DNA of 64,000 nucleotides from Escherichia phage vB_EcoM_DE7: sequence record OL825705.1. One strand, 5' to 3'. Below the pieces are notes generated by a model. It was not told where the DNA came from. It saw nothing but the letters and a program-made list of their open reading frames with translations, and made no database searches. Numbering within the stretch: position 1 is the stretch's first letter; every line of letters begins with the position of its first letter. Positions 47,443 to 56,740 of the stretch are shown here, in pieces. A program made the position numbers and the translations under genes.

Positions 47443-49238
47443 GAGAGATTAAAAAGATGACTAAATCACTTTATGCAGTACCAGCAGGTTTAAACGCAGA
47501 TGCTTACAAGGCATCACATATATATCAGTATCCAGATGCTACACAGTATCTTATGTTGAACCTGACACCACGTAGTGACAAATGGTTTAACAGTCCTTTA
47601 GCCATTGACGGTGTAGTTGCTTTTGGTATTCAACGTTTTGTTAAAGATTACCTGATAGACCACTGGAACGCCACCTTTTTTGAACGTGACAAAAAAGAAG
47701 CAATTGACGAAGTCTTAGAAGTCATGAACGGTGTTCTGGGTAAAGATGCTATTGGTCGAGAACACTGGGAAGCACTACATGACTTAGGTTATCTACCAGT
47801 TGAAGTGTACGCTGTAGAAGAAGGCACAGTTGTACCTATGCGTGTACCAATGATTGTCTTCCAGAACACTGTTTCAGGTTTCCATTGGGTAGCTGGGTAT
47901 CTGGAAGATGCTTTCTCTGCTGAGATTTGGAAGGCTTGCACCATTGCAACTATTGCATTGCACTACAAACGTATCTGTAAGAAGTGGGCTGACCTTACTT
48001 GTGACAATGACTTACATTTGCCTTATCAGTGCCATGACTTTGCCATGCGTGGTATGTCTGGCTTTACTGATGACGCATTTAACGCTGTAGGCCACTTAAC
48101 CAGCTTTAAAGGAACTGACAGCTTCCCTGCTGTGTATACAGCTAAACGCATCTATGGACAGTCCTACCCAATCTCTGATATTGGTAGTTCTGTGCCAGCT
48201 ACTGAACACTCTGTAATGTGTGCAAACATTGCTTGGGAAGGTGGTAATGAGTTGATTGAAGAAGAAAGACGCTTTAAAGGTGAGTTACAAACCTTCCGTC
48301 GTTTCTTAACAGAAACTTACCCAACTGGTATTGCAAGTGTTGTTTCAGACACTTATAATTTCTGGAGAACTGTATCAGAAATCTTACCAGCACTTCGTAA
48401 AGAGATTATGGAACGTGACGGCAAACTGGTAATTCGTCCTGACTCTGGCGACCCTGTACATATTGTCACAGGTTATAAAGCAATCCACTTAGAGTGTGCT
48501 AAAAAAGCTTATTACGAACACCTAAGCAAGCTGGAAGCCAGCGACACAAAGTTGAATGCTGTTCTGAACATGAATCTTGAAGACATTCACTATATTATGG
48601 CTGGGTGGTTACGTACAGAAGGCTATGAAATGGTGGTTGACAGAGAAGACTTTGAAGTAGCTGATACAGTGCTTCTGAAAGATGCCTACATCAACGGCTC
48701 TGCAAACGTTGTAACACGTCCTGTAGCAGAGATTGATGGGGCTATTAAGACCCTGTATAACATCTTCGGAGGGACTATCAACTCTAAAGGTTTTAAAGTA
48801 CTGGATGAACACATTGGCCTTATCTATGGTGACTCTATCACGCTGGAACGTGCAAACGAAATCCTGAAGCGTCTGTATGAAATGGGTTTTGCAAGCTCTA
48901 ACGTAGTGTTTGGTGTAGGTTCTTACACTTACCAGTACATGACTCGTGACACCTTTGCATTTGCTGTCAAAGCAACTCTTGCAAGCATTGGTGGCAAAGA
49001 GATTATGCTTGCAAAAGACCCTAAAACAGATAGCGGTGTTAAGAAGTCTGCTTTTGGTGGTGTAGCACCTGTGTGGGATGGCGATAAGCTGAAAGCTGTA
49101 GATGGCTATGGATTCCAGAGCTTTGCAGATGTGCTTGAACATCCAGCTTGTGCTTTACGTTTAGTCTTTAGTGACTCTGAGCAGTTCGGTTACACAACTC
49201 TTGGTGATATTCGAAATAATATTGACAAGCAACTCTAA
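47439..49238 (+). CDS. nicotinamide phosphoribosyltransferase family protein (Nampt/NadV-like)
   Basis: N-terminal DAYKASHIYQYPD matches the Nampt substrate-binding signature (DSYKVTHYKQYPP in human NAMPT, from memory); 599 aa. Confidence 0.8.
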   Translation: MREIKKMTKSLYAVPAGLNADAYKASHIYQYPDATQYLMLNLTPRSDKWFNSPLAIDGVVAFGIQRFVKDYLIDHWNATFFERDKKEAIDEVLEVMNGVLGKDAIGREHWEALHDLGYLPVEVYAVEEGTVVPMRVPMIVFQNTVSGFHWVAGYLEDAFSAEIWKACTIATIALHYKRICKKWADLTCDNDLHLPYQCHDFAMRGMSGFTDDAFNAVGHLTSFKGTDSFPAVYTAKRIYGQSYPISDIGSSVPATEHSVMCANIAWEGGNELIEEERRFKGELQTFRRFLTETYPTGIASVVSDTYNFWRTVSEILPALRKEIMERDGKLVIRPDSGDPVHIVTGYKAIHLECAKKAYYEHLSKLEASDTKLNAVLNMNLEDIHYIMAGWLRTEGYEMVVDREDFEVADTVLLKDAYINGSANVVTRPVAEIDGAIKTLYNIFGGTINSKGFKVLDEHIGLIYGDSITLERANEILKRLYEMGFASSNVVFGVGSYTYQYMTRDTFAFAVKATLASIGGKEIMLAKDPKTDSGVKKSAFGGVAPVWDGDKLKAVDGYGFQSFADVLEHPACALRLVFSDSEQFGYTTLGDIRNNIDKQL

Positions 49239-49244
49239 AAGTAT

Positions 49245-49628
49245 ATGATAAGAGGCTCCTACGGGAGCCTTTTTAATCTTCTGGAGAAGATTATGAAAAT
49301 CAAAGAAATGAATATCAATATTGTCTTAGAAGAACGTTGGGAGAACATCAAGAAGCCTGAAAATGGTCATAAGTTCCTCAACAAAATCTTAGTAGCAGCT
49401 AAAGAAGAACTGACTGGCAAGGTTGCAGCAGCAATCACAATAAAGGTGTGTGTAAAAGGTCTTCCAGACAATCACCAATTTGCACTTGACGAGTTTAAAG
49501 AGAGCTTCTACAATCCAAACAAACAGATGCTTGAAAGTAACTTTGCAGTATCTACAAGTATCGTCCATGACAGAAGCTTTATCCTTTACAAGAATATGAG
49601 AGGTGAGTCATGCAAGCATATTGGATAG
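49245..49628 (+). CDS. hypothetical protein
   Basis: 127-aa ORF after terminator hairpin GGCTCC-TACG-GGAGCC. Confidence 0.35.
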   Translation: MIRGSYGSLFNLLEKIMKIKEMNINIVLEERWENIKKPENGHKFLNKILVAAKEELTGKVAAAITIKVCVKGLPDNHQFALDEFKESFYNPNKQMLESNFAVSTSIVHDRSFILYKNMRGESCKHIG

Positions 49629-49786
49629 AAATTTTCCTGTCACTTGGTAGTGTAGCAGTATTTGTTTACCTTCTTTGCAAGTACTATGCAGAACACAAAA
49701 AATGTGACTTCTGTAATGGAGAAGGTTATACAAGAGCAGGTTGTTGCCCTATGTGTGGCGGTTCTGGTAAAATGTTTAATAAGTAA
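49610..49786 (+). CDS. small membrane peptide with two CxxCxGxG zinc-finger motifs (not in ORF track)
   Basis: 58 codons: hydrophobic segment then CDFCNGEGY and CPMCGGSGK. Confidence 0.3.
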   Translation: MQAYWIEIFLSLGSVAVFVYLLCKYYAEHKKCDFCNGEGYTRAGCCPMCGGSGKMFNK

Positions 49787-49814
49787 TTCAACAGTAAATT
49801 AAGAGGAAAGTATT

Positions 49815-52181
49815 ATGCGCATGGTAAACGACCACGCAGAAGTGATTAAGAGTTCAACTTCTTTAGAGACGTCTCAAGCACAGATTACAATGACACCCGA
49901 AATGTTCAGCCTTTTGAGTTCTGGTGTATATACATTTAAAGAGCGAGCAGTAATTCGTGAACTGTCATGTAACGCAGTAGATGCTCAGAAAGAAGCTGGA
50001 AAAGAGAACATCCCGTTCCATGTGCATTTACCTACTCGTTTTGAGCCTTACTTTGAAGTTCGTGATTTTGGAACTGGATTGACTCATGATAAAGTTATGA
50101 GTTTGTATCTAAATTACGGGGCTTCTACGAAGAATGACTCTAATGACTACATTGGTGCAATGGGTATCGGCTCAAAATCCCCATTTGCAATTGCTCAGTC
50201 ATTCACAGTATCTAGCTATGTTGATGGTGTTGTCAATAAGTACTCTGTTTATCTTGAGAATGGTATCCCTCAAGTAACTAAGCTGACCACCAACCCAACA
50301 AAAGAGCCTAATGGTTTAGCTGTACGTGTAGCAGTTGCTGACCATCGTATTTCAAAGTTCTTTGAAGAGGCTGGTAATGTATACTCATACTTTGCTGTAA
50401 AACCAGAAAGTAATATCGAGTATGACGATGTGTTAGCAGACATGAATGTCATTGCCCGTGAAGAAGGTGTTTATGATGCCATGATTCACAAACAAAGCTG
50501 GCGTTCTAGTGGCAACAGGACAGAGTTTAATGTGGTGATGGGTAACATTGCCTACCCAGTTAACATGGAAGCATTACTTGGTGATGATTTCTTCAAAGTC
50601 TTGCCAGAGTTTTTCCGTAGGAGCGTAGACCTTGTAAACATCTACATGCCTATTGGTTCAGTTGCTATTGCAGCTTCTCGTGAAGCATTGCAGATGAATG
50701 ACACGACAAAAAATGTTATCATCGAGGCTACTAAAAAGATAACTGAAGCAATTACAAAGGATGTTATCAAGAAAGTTAATAGTCAACCTACACTCATGGA
50801 TGCTGCACAGGCTTATGCTGAGTTACGCTTGAACTCACGAGAGATGTTTAATGCTGTGTGTCCAAAGCTAGAGTGGGGAGGCGTTAAGCTTGATTCTCTG
50901 GAAGAAGAATTACTAAACATTCGTCGTGGAATTATCTACGCAGAAGACGGCTCAGTTATCTATGAACGTGATGGTAAAGGTAATATTAAGGTTGATAGGA
51001 ACGGAAACAACATTCCTAAAGTAGATTATCTTTATGACCCAGTTGCTTATGTCAAGTTTAACTCTTTAGAGAGTAAGATTCGTGCAACAGCGCTTTCCTA
51101 CACTCAAGAGGCAAGTATGTTCAATATCTTTGGTGCAATGCGTAAAAGTCAAATTGAACAGTTTTTGTTTGTTATAAATGACCGTCGAAATAAAAACGGT
51201 ACTGAGAAGACTGTAGGACGCAACCAAATCTTGCGTGGTGCATGTCGAGACTATGCCAGTGAATCAAGTCTGTTTCACAGATACAATGGTATTGTCTTTG
51301 TATTCTCTAATGAGAAAGAGCTAGACGACTTAATCAATCTGCACAAACTTGATAAAAGCTTGTTAAAGATTGTGAAGATGTCTGATAAGGAACACCATTA
51401 TCAGCGTAAAGAAGCTGTAAGAGGCGTTGTAAAACTTTGGAAAGCTGTTCCAGCAGAAGGTGTAGCTTCCTATAAAGAGGTTTCAGAGGACTTTGATACA
51501 ATTGAAGAACCTCAGCTTTATATCAAGGCTGTTGGTGACACAGTTGATGGCGAATGTTTTTGCTCATCTCCAGAAGATGTAGCTAAGTCAGTTGCTAATG
51601 TTACAGGGAAGACAGTCTATGTTTTCCGAAAAGCGAATTGGAAAAAGATACCAGAAGACTGGATTGAAGTAGATGAGAAACTCTTGAACGACAGCTTAAC
51701 TGATGTTCATTGGATTAATCATAACAGGTATATGACACGTATCTATATGAATGGTGTCCTTGACCTCACAAGCAGTTGGATTATTGCCAGAAACTTTACG
51801 TTCAATAACAGGAAGATTTCTCGTGGCTATTGTTATTCACGGGATACAAACAAAACTATCTTCTTAGAAGGTAATGAAGATGCTGTAGAGGCAATCTTCG
51901 GTAAAATCCAATACGTTGCTGCACCGTTTGCATACACTTACACTGTTAGCAGGTTGCAAACTTTGAAAGAATGCCTTGACAACGATACAAAGCTGTACAA
52001 GAAAATCAAGAAAGCTGGTGACCGTATGGTCATTAAGGTGACAAACTATCTTTCAAAAAGAAAACAAGAAAACTTCTTGCTTTCTCATTTAGATTGGAAT
52101 AAAGTGTCACCCATCGAAGTGAGTAAGTTCTTAGGCTTTGATGTGAAGTGTGTTCCAGAAGGGACTACAATTTACGATTAA
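49815..52181 (+). CDS. rIIA: rIIA-like protein (N-terminal GHKL-type ATPase fold)
   Basis: 788 aa; Bergerat-fold-like motifs ELSCNAVDAQ, DFGTGLTHDKV, GAMGIGSKSPF; followed by rIIB-sized ORF. Confidence 0.5.
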   Translation: MRMVNDHAEVIKSSTSLETSQAQITMTPEMFSLLSSGVYTFKERAVIRELSCNAVDAQKEAGKENIPFHVHLPTRFEPYFEVRDFGTGLTHDKVMSLYLNYGASTKNDSNDYIGAMGIGSKSPFAIAQSFTVSSYVDGVVNKYSVYLENGIPQVTKLTTNPTKEPNGLAVRVAVADHRISKFFEEAGNVYSYFAVKPESNIEYDDVLADMNVIAREEGVYDAMIHKQSWRSSGNRTEFNVVMGNIAYPVNMEALLGDDFFKVLPEFFRRSVDLVNIYMPIGSVAIAASREALQMNDTTKNVIIEATKKITEAITKDVIKKVNSQPTLMDAAQAYAELRLNSREMFNAVCPKLEWGGVKLDSLEEELLNIRRGIIYAEDGSVIYERDGKGNIKVDRNGNNIPKVDYLYDPVAYVKFNSLESKIRATALSYTQEASMFNIFGAMRKSQIEQFLFVINDRRNKNGTEKTVGRNQILRGACRDYASESSLFHRYNGIVFVFSNEKELDDLINLHKLDKSLLKIVKMSDKEHHYQRKEAVRGVVKLWKAVPAEGVASYKEVSEDFDTIEEPQLYIKAVGDTVDGECFCSSPEDVAKSVANVTGKTVYVFRKANWKKIPEDWIEVDEKLLNDSLTDVHWINHNRYMTRIYMNGVLDLTSSWIIARNFTFNNRKISRGYCYSRDTNKTIFLEGNEDAVEAIFGKIQYVAAPFAYTYTVSRLQTLKECLDNDTKLYKKIKKAGDRMVIKVTNYLSKRKQENFLLSHLDWNKVSPIEVSKFLGFDVKCVPEGTTIYD

Positions 52182-52260
52182 AGTGTTTGACAAGGGGCTT
52201 TGAAGCCCCTTAGAATAGCCTTACAAAATGATTTATTAACTAACAAGAGAGAGTAATAAG

Positions 52261-53370
52261 ATGACTACTAAAACTAAAGCACAGATTGACGCAGAAATTT
52301 ACAAACTGGTTAAAGAAGGCAAGCTGACTAAAACAGCTATTGCACAGAAGTTCAACACTTCAACCCGTTCAGTTGGTCGTGCTGTAGAGCGTCATGAAGC
52401 AACCTTAAAGGGTAAGAAAAAGGCAGCTTCGACACCAGCTAAGAAGACTTTGAAGCAAGTTGCTAAGTCAGTTAAAAAGAAAGCTGGAAAACCAGTTGAA
52501 AAGGTTGTTAAAGACACTGTACAGAAAGTTCCAGTAAATAAACTGCACGAAGCTATGCAGAAAGATGACAAGATTGAGTACATGATTACTGGTGACTCTG
52601 TAATTATGACTTACGGTTCAGAATCTGAAATTGTTGAGTCTACTCATCCGAACTATCAAGAAATTGTAGTTCATGTTGTGAAAGGTGAGTTCAAGAAAGC
52701 ATTTGAACTGATGAACATTCGTAAGTCTATCGAAAACTTCACTCAGGGTGCTATCACAATCAAAGGTGACAAGTTATTCTACGGTGCTGTTGAGATGCGT
52801 TCTACTCTGGTTGACCGTATTCTTCACATGATGAAGACTGGTGATAAAGGTTTTGAACGACTTGTAATGTTCTTCGAAAAACTGATGGAAAACCCATCTA
52901 AAGATTCTGTAGAACAACTTTGGGGATTCGTATCTCACCTTGATGTTGAAATTGATGAAGAAGGTTACATCATTGGTTGGAAGAAAGTCTCTACTCGTGA
53001 AGGCAAGTTGGTTGACTCCCACACCTACAAAGTACCTAATGATTTGGGTAACATTGTAGAAATGCCACGTTGGATGGTTGACAACAACCGTAACGTAACT
53101 TGCTCTCAGGGTCTTCATGTTGGTGCTTGGGATTATGTTCGTTGCTTCTCAGGTGATACAATCCTGAAGGTTCGTGTCCATCCACGAGATGTTGTATCTG
53201 TTCCGACTGATTACAACGATATGAAGATGCGTTCATCCCGTTATGAAGTTGCAGCAATCGTTGATAATCAACGTAAAGTGTTGAAAGCATGGGACGGTAA
53301 GACTGAAGCTTTGCATGTCATCGTTGGCACTGCTGGTGAACTCATCTCCCAACGTAAACGTGAAATCTAA
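52261..53370 (+). CDS. rIIB: rIIB-like protein
   Basis: 369-aa ORF immediately downstream of the rIIA-like gene; positional inference. Confidence 0.4.
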   Translation: MTTKTKAQIDAEIYKLVKEGKLTKTAIAQKFNTSTRSVGRAVERHEATLKGKKKAASTPAKKTLKQVAKSVKKKAGKPVEKVVKDTVQKVPVNKLHEAMQKDDKIEYMITGDSVIMTYGSESEIVESTHPNYQEIVVHVVKGEFKKAFELMNIRKSIENFTQGAITIKGDKLFYGAVEMRSTLVDRILHMMKTGDKGFERLVMFFEKLMENPSKDSVEQLWGFVSHLDVEIDEEGYIIGWKKVSTREGKLVDSHTYKVPNDLGNIVEMPRWMVDNNRNVTCSQGLHVGAWDYVRCFSGDTILKVRVHPRDVVSVPTDYNDMKMRSSRYEVAAIVDNQRKVLKAWDGKTEALHVIVGTAGELISQRKREI

Positions 53371-53387
53371 TAAGTAATTTCTTAAAA

Positions 53388-53409
53388 GGCTGCTTCGGCG
53401 GCCTTTTTT
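53388..53409 (+). terminator. rho-independent terminator
   Basis: GGCTGC-TTCG-GCGGCC hairpin followed by TTTTTT. Confidence 0.65.
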
Positions 53410-53470
53410 ATTTGTATTTTGTGCAGAGTGCTGTATAATTGTTGTCACGATAAACTAAACAGGAGAACCA

Positions 53471-54019
53471 ATGAAGAAGTTGATTCTAGGTTTGTGCTTA
53501 ATGTTTACAGCACACTTATCTTATGCAGTTGACTGCCCAGAGCTATCAATTAGCCAAAAAGTTAACATGTTAAAAGCTTACCAGTATGGTGAGAATAATA
53601 TGGGGAAGGGCTGGGGTATTACTCTAGCAGCTATAGCCTTACAAGAGTCAGAGTTAGGTCTGAAGGTAGAGAATAAAAAGACCCATGACTATGGTATTTT
53701 CCAGAATCACTTGAAGACTGTTGTAAAGCGTAACAAAATCAGTCCTAATGTGGCTAAAAAGAAACTCTTAAAAGACTTTGACTATGCTGCAAAGGAAACA
53801 CACAAAGAGCTTGAGTTTTGGACTAAGGTACATGGTCAACCAAAGTCAAAGAAGACTTTACAAAAAGTTTTAGCGTCATATAATGCTGGGTATTCGTACA
53901 AAATCCCTAAAGCTAAGAAATACTCTCAAGATGTTTACAACAATATGAAAGTCATCGCTCAATGTGAATTTGCAACAAACATTTCTAAGGTAAACCATGA
54001 AAAAATTAAGAAAGTCTGA
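53471..54019 (+). CDS. secreted lytic transglycosylase-like protein (possible endolysin)
   Basis: Signal-peptide-like N-terminus MKKLILGLCLMFTAHLSYA; SLT-like AIALQESELG ... YGIFQ. Confidence 0.4.
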   Translation: MKKLILGLCLMFTAHLSYAVDCPELSISQKVNMLKAYQYGENNMGKGWGITLAAIALQESELGLKVENKKTHDYGIFQNHLKTVVKRNKISPNVAKKKLLKDFDYAAKETHKELEFWTKVHGQPKSKKTLQKVLASYNAGYSYKIPKAKKYSQDVYNNMKVIAQCEFATNISKVNHEKIKKV

Positions 54020-54692
54020 TGAAGTACTGTGTCATGCTTATGACTTACATCCTCATGAGTTAGGCCTTGATTCCTGTGTATGGACCCCAGAACAGTGCAG
54101 AGATTTTGAAGATACTGCAAGAGAGGTTGTATGCTCACTTGAAGAGTTCCACACATCAGAATCAATTGTGAACGTTGTGGACAAAGAGACTGGACAATCT
54201 ATAGGTGTAAGACGTGACAGTTTAGTCATAGTCAATAAAGACCTTGTAGAAAAAGGTAACCTCATCTTAGCAGATATTGATGGTGTTCTTACAAATTTTA
54301 ATCACGAAGATTACTCAACGGAATTGATTGATGGGTCATTTTCACAGTACACTAATTTGCTTGACTCTGTAAGAGCAAAACCAACGTATGTTTTCAATAT
54401 TATTGATGCAATTGCTAACCATGCTGCCATTGGACTCTTGACAGCGAGGGGTGAATCTCAGAGAATACCTACTGAGATGTTTTTAAGGCATTACATAGAG
54501 CATGATTACATGCTTTTTATGCGTGGTTTTGGAACTAACTCGATAAATGCAGAAAGTTTGAAAGTGAGGATGATTCAGTCTTGCATTATTCCTTACTTTA
54601 ATATAGTATGCTTTATAGAAGATACAGAGAAGAATGTTCAGAAGGTAAACAGAATCCTTCCACACATCAAAACCATGTTAGTTAAACATTGA
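53997..54692 (+). CDS. HAD-superfamily phosphatase-like protein
   Basis: HAD motif I ILADIDGVLTN and downstream FIEDTEKN. Confidence 0.5.
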   Translation: MKKLRKSDEVLCHAYDLHPHELGLDSCVWTPEQCRDFEDTAREVVCSLEEFHTSESIVNVVDKETGQSIGVRRDSLVIVNKDLVEKGNLILADIDGVLTNFNHEDYSTELIDGSFSQYTNLLDSVRAKPTYVFNIIDAIANHAAIGLLTARGESQRIPTEMFLRHYIEHDYMLFMRGFGTNSINAESLKVRMIQSCIIPYFNIVCFIEDTEKNVQKVNRILPHIKTMLVKH

Positions 54693-54703
54693 GAGAAAAA
54701 CTT

Positions 54704-55168
54704 ATGAACAATATCATTACGGTAGCACTGGACGTCACAGCAAACAAATCTGAAGTAGTTCGTAACATTATCAAGAACAACTTTGAGGGTAAAATCTTCC
54801 GTGCTGTCAACGTAAAAGCAGATGGTAACATTCGAGAGTATCGTGCCCTTTTGAATGTTAAGAAACACGTAAAAGGCGCTGGTTCAACGACTGCACACAA
54901 AGAAAACCTGATGACTATCTATGATATGGGTATGGCTTCAGAGTTAGGTGCTGAAGGTATCGTTAAAGAAGGTGCTCCGTATCGCTCTTTCAATCTGGAA
55001 ACTGCTCTTATGCTTTCCTTTACAAGTGGTTCTAAAACAACTACTTATCTCTTTACTGATGCTGCAACGGTATCTGCTATCAAGGATAGCACCGTCAAAG
55101 CTGGGGTAGCTGCTGCTGCAAAAGCTTCTTCGATGGCTGCAAATGTCCTTGCTAAAGTCCTCGGTTAA
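54704..55168 (+). CDS. hypothetical protein
   Basis: Track ORF 54689 trimmed to ATG 54704; 154 aa. Confidence 0.35.
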   Translation: MNNIITVALDVTANKSEVVRNIIKNNFEGKIFRAVNVKADGNIREYRALLNVKKHVKGAGSTTAHKENLMTIYDMGMASELGAEGIVKEGAPYRSFNLETALMLSFTSGSKTTTYLFTDAATVSAIKDSTVKAGVAAAAKASSMAANVLAKVLG

Positions 55169-55180
55169 GGTTAAGATACA

Positions 55181-55205
55181 GGCTCCTTCGGGAGCCTTTT
55201 TCATT
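55181..55205 (+). terminator. rho-independent terminator
   Basis: GGCTCC-TTCG-GGAGCC hairpin followed by TTTTT. Confidence 0.6.
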
Positions 55206-55220
55206 TCAGGAGATTGTTAA

Positions 55221-55568
55221 ATGACATTTAAAGAGTTCTGTCAAGCTACTTTCATAATTGTTTTCTTAGTTGGAGCAGGTGTCTGGGGAGGATACTCTTA
55301 CAGAGACTATCAAGTTGTTGAATCTGAGCTAAACAATGAGAAACTAATCAGTGTTGCTAAAGATGCTTATCAGGAAGGTTTAGCCACACTCAGCACCAAT
55401 TACAAAAATGATTTGAAAGATGTGCTTGCTAAGAATAAGCATACAAAAGAGGTACTAACGTATGAAAAGACTAAGCCAGAGTTTTATAATGTTTGTGTTA
55501 CTGATAATTATGTCAGGGTGTTCAACGAACAAAGTGAACAGTACATTCAAAAACTCCCAAGTAAGTGA
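55221..55568 (+). CDS. i-spanin (Rz-like)
   Basis: N-terminal TM (FIIVFLVGAGVWGGY) followed by charged coiled-coil; overlaps a lipoprotein ORF in another frame. Confidence 0.55.
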   Translation: MTFKEFCQATFIIVFLVGAGVWGGYSYRDYQVVESELNNEKLISVAKDAYQEGLATLSTNYKNDLKDVLAKNKHTKEVLTYEKTKPEFYNVCVTDNYVRVFNEQSEQYIQKLPSK

Positions 55569-55731
55569 GAGTGACAAGTACACTCAAGAAGAGTCAAGAT
55601 TCACTGTCAAAGGCAACACTGGTAGTGATGTGGCAGCAGCCCTTGAGTTTTATCGTGATGGTTTTTACCAGTGCACAATCAAAGCTAATAATCTTATTGA
55701 TATGATTTTATTAGGAAACAAACATCAATGA
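55462..55731 (+). CDS. o-spanin (Rz1-like outer-membrane lipoprotein)
   Basis: Signal peptide with lipobox-like IMSGC; gene starts inside the 3' part of the i-spanin gene in a different frame. Confidence 0.55.
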   Translation: MKRLSQSFIMFVLLIIMSGCSTNKVNSTFKNSQVSESDKYTQEESRFTVKGNTGSDVAAALEFYRDGFYQCTIKANNLIDMILLGNKHQ

Positions 55732-55997
55732 AAGAGAATGAAGACACTTTCTATGTGGAAGGGTACTTACTGTTACCACGACCAAAAGAAACTTATATGC
55801 GGGTTGATTTCTCACCAACAATTATGGATAACGTAATGTGTCATATCTTTATGCAAGGTGTCACAGCACAGCTTAAGCATGTTGGTAAAGAGTGCAAAAT
55901 AAAGGTTGACACTCATCCAGAAATCAAAGAGAATCACTACACATGGTTCTTACCAGACTCTAAAGAAATCTTAGCAGTTCTAAAAACGAGGAAGTAA
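55728..55997 (+). CDS. hypothetical protein
   Basis: 89-aa ORF. Confidence 0.3.
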   Translation: MKENEDTFYVEGYLLLPRPKETYMRVDFSPTIMDNVMCHIFMQGVTAQLKHVGKECKIKVDTHPEIKENHYTWFLPDSKEILAVLKTRK

Positions 55998-55999
55998 CT

Positions 56000-56323
56000 A
56001 TGCAGATTAATGGAAGAGATTTTGTAGCAGTTTACTACGAGAAAGATAAAGAAGTTGGCGTAGCACAAGTATCTTATGGTAATGGTAAGTGGTTGTATGG
56101 GACAATCGCAGTAGTCGGGGCAAGAAGTGATACAAAAACTTTTAAAGATTGTGTTGACCTTCTTGAAGAATCCATCCACAATCATTGGTGTCTGATATGG
56201 ATGACTGACAACGAAGTGATAGAACGCTTCAAAAAGATTGGTATCAACATTGATAGCATTGAGCATGTTGATTTGTATGAGCTAACTGAGAAGGTAAACT
56301 ATGAAAGCTCTAGAGGTAGTTGA
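56000..56323 (+). CDS. hypothetical protein
   Basis: 107-aa ORF. Confidence 0.3.
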   Translation: MQINGRDFVAVYYEKDKEVGVAQVSYGNGKWLYGTIAVVGARSDTKTFKDCVDLLEESIHNHWCLIWMTDNEVIERFKKIGINIDSIEHVDLYELTEKVNYESSRGS

Positions 56324-56528
56324 CAAAGACACTGGAGAAGTCATATCTGCATGTGTTTTCATAAGCGATGACACAGTGATACCATTTTACAACCTTGATG
56401 GTTTTAGTTTTACAGGGATAACTCCAGAAGAATACTTTGAAGACCTCACCTTTGCCAGAATCTCTATAGATACATTCTATAAATGTTTCTATGATGAAGG
56501 TAAAGAGTTACGAGAAACTGAACTATAA
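56301..56528 (+). CDS. hypothetical protein
   Basis: 75-aa ORF. Confidence 0.3.
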   Translation: MKALEVVDKDTGEVISACVFISDDTVIPFYNLDGFSFTGITPEEYFEDLTFARISIDTFYKCFYDEGKELRETEL

Positions 56529-56539
56529 GGCGTATATTT

Positions 56540-56740
56540 ATGGCTGACTTCTGCAAAGATTGTGCTATCGAAATGTTCGGACGTGATACAGGAGACTTAA
56601 AAGGTCTTATCACTGAAGATGACTTTAAAGCTGGCTATGCAATGCCAGTAATCTGTGAAGGTTGTGGATGTATCTGGGTAGACCACGAAGGACAACGTGT
56701 AAAACCTTCAGAAGATAAAGAATCTTGGGAGAGATGCTAA
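56540..56740 (+). CDS. small zinc-binding protein (hypothetical)
   Basis: 66 aa with CKDC ... CEGCGC. Confidence 0.3.
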   Translation: MADFCKDCAIEMFGRDTGDLKGLITEDDFKAGYAMPVICEGCGCIWVDHEGQRVKPSEDKESWERC

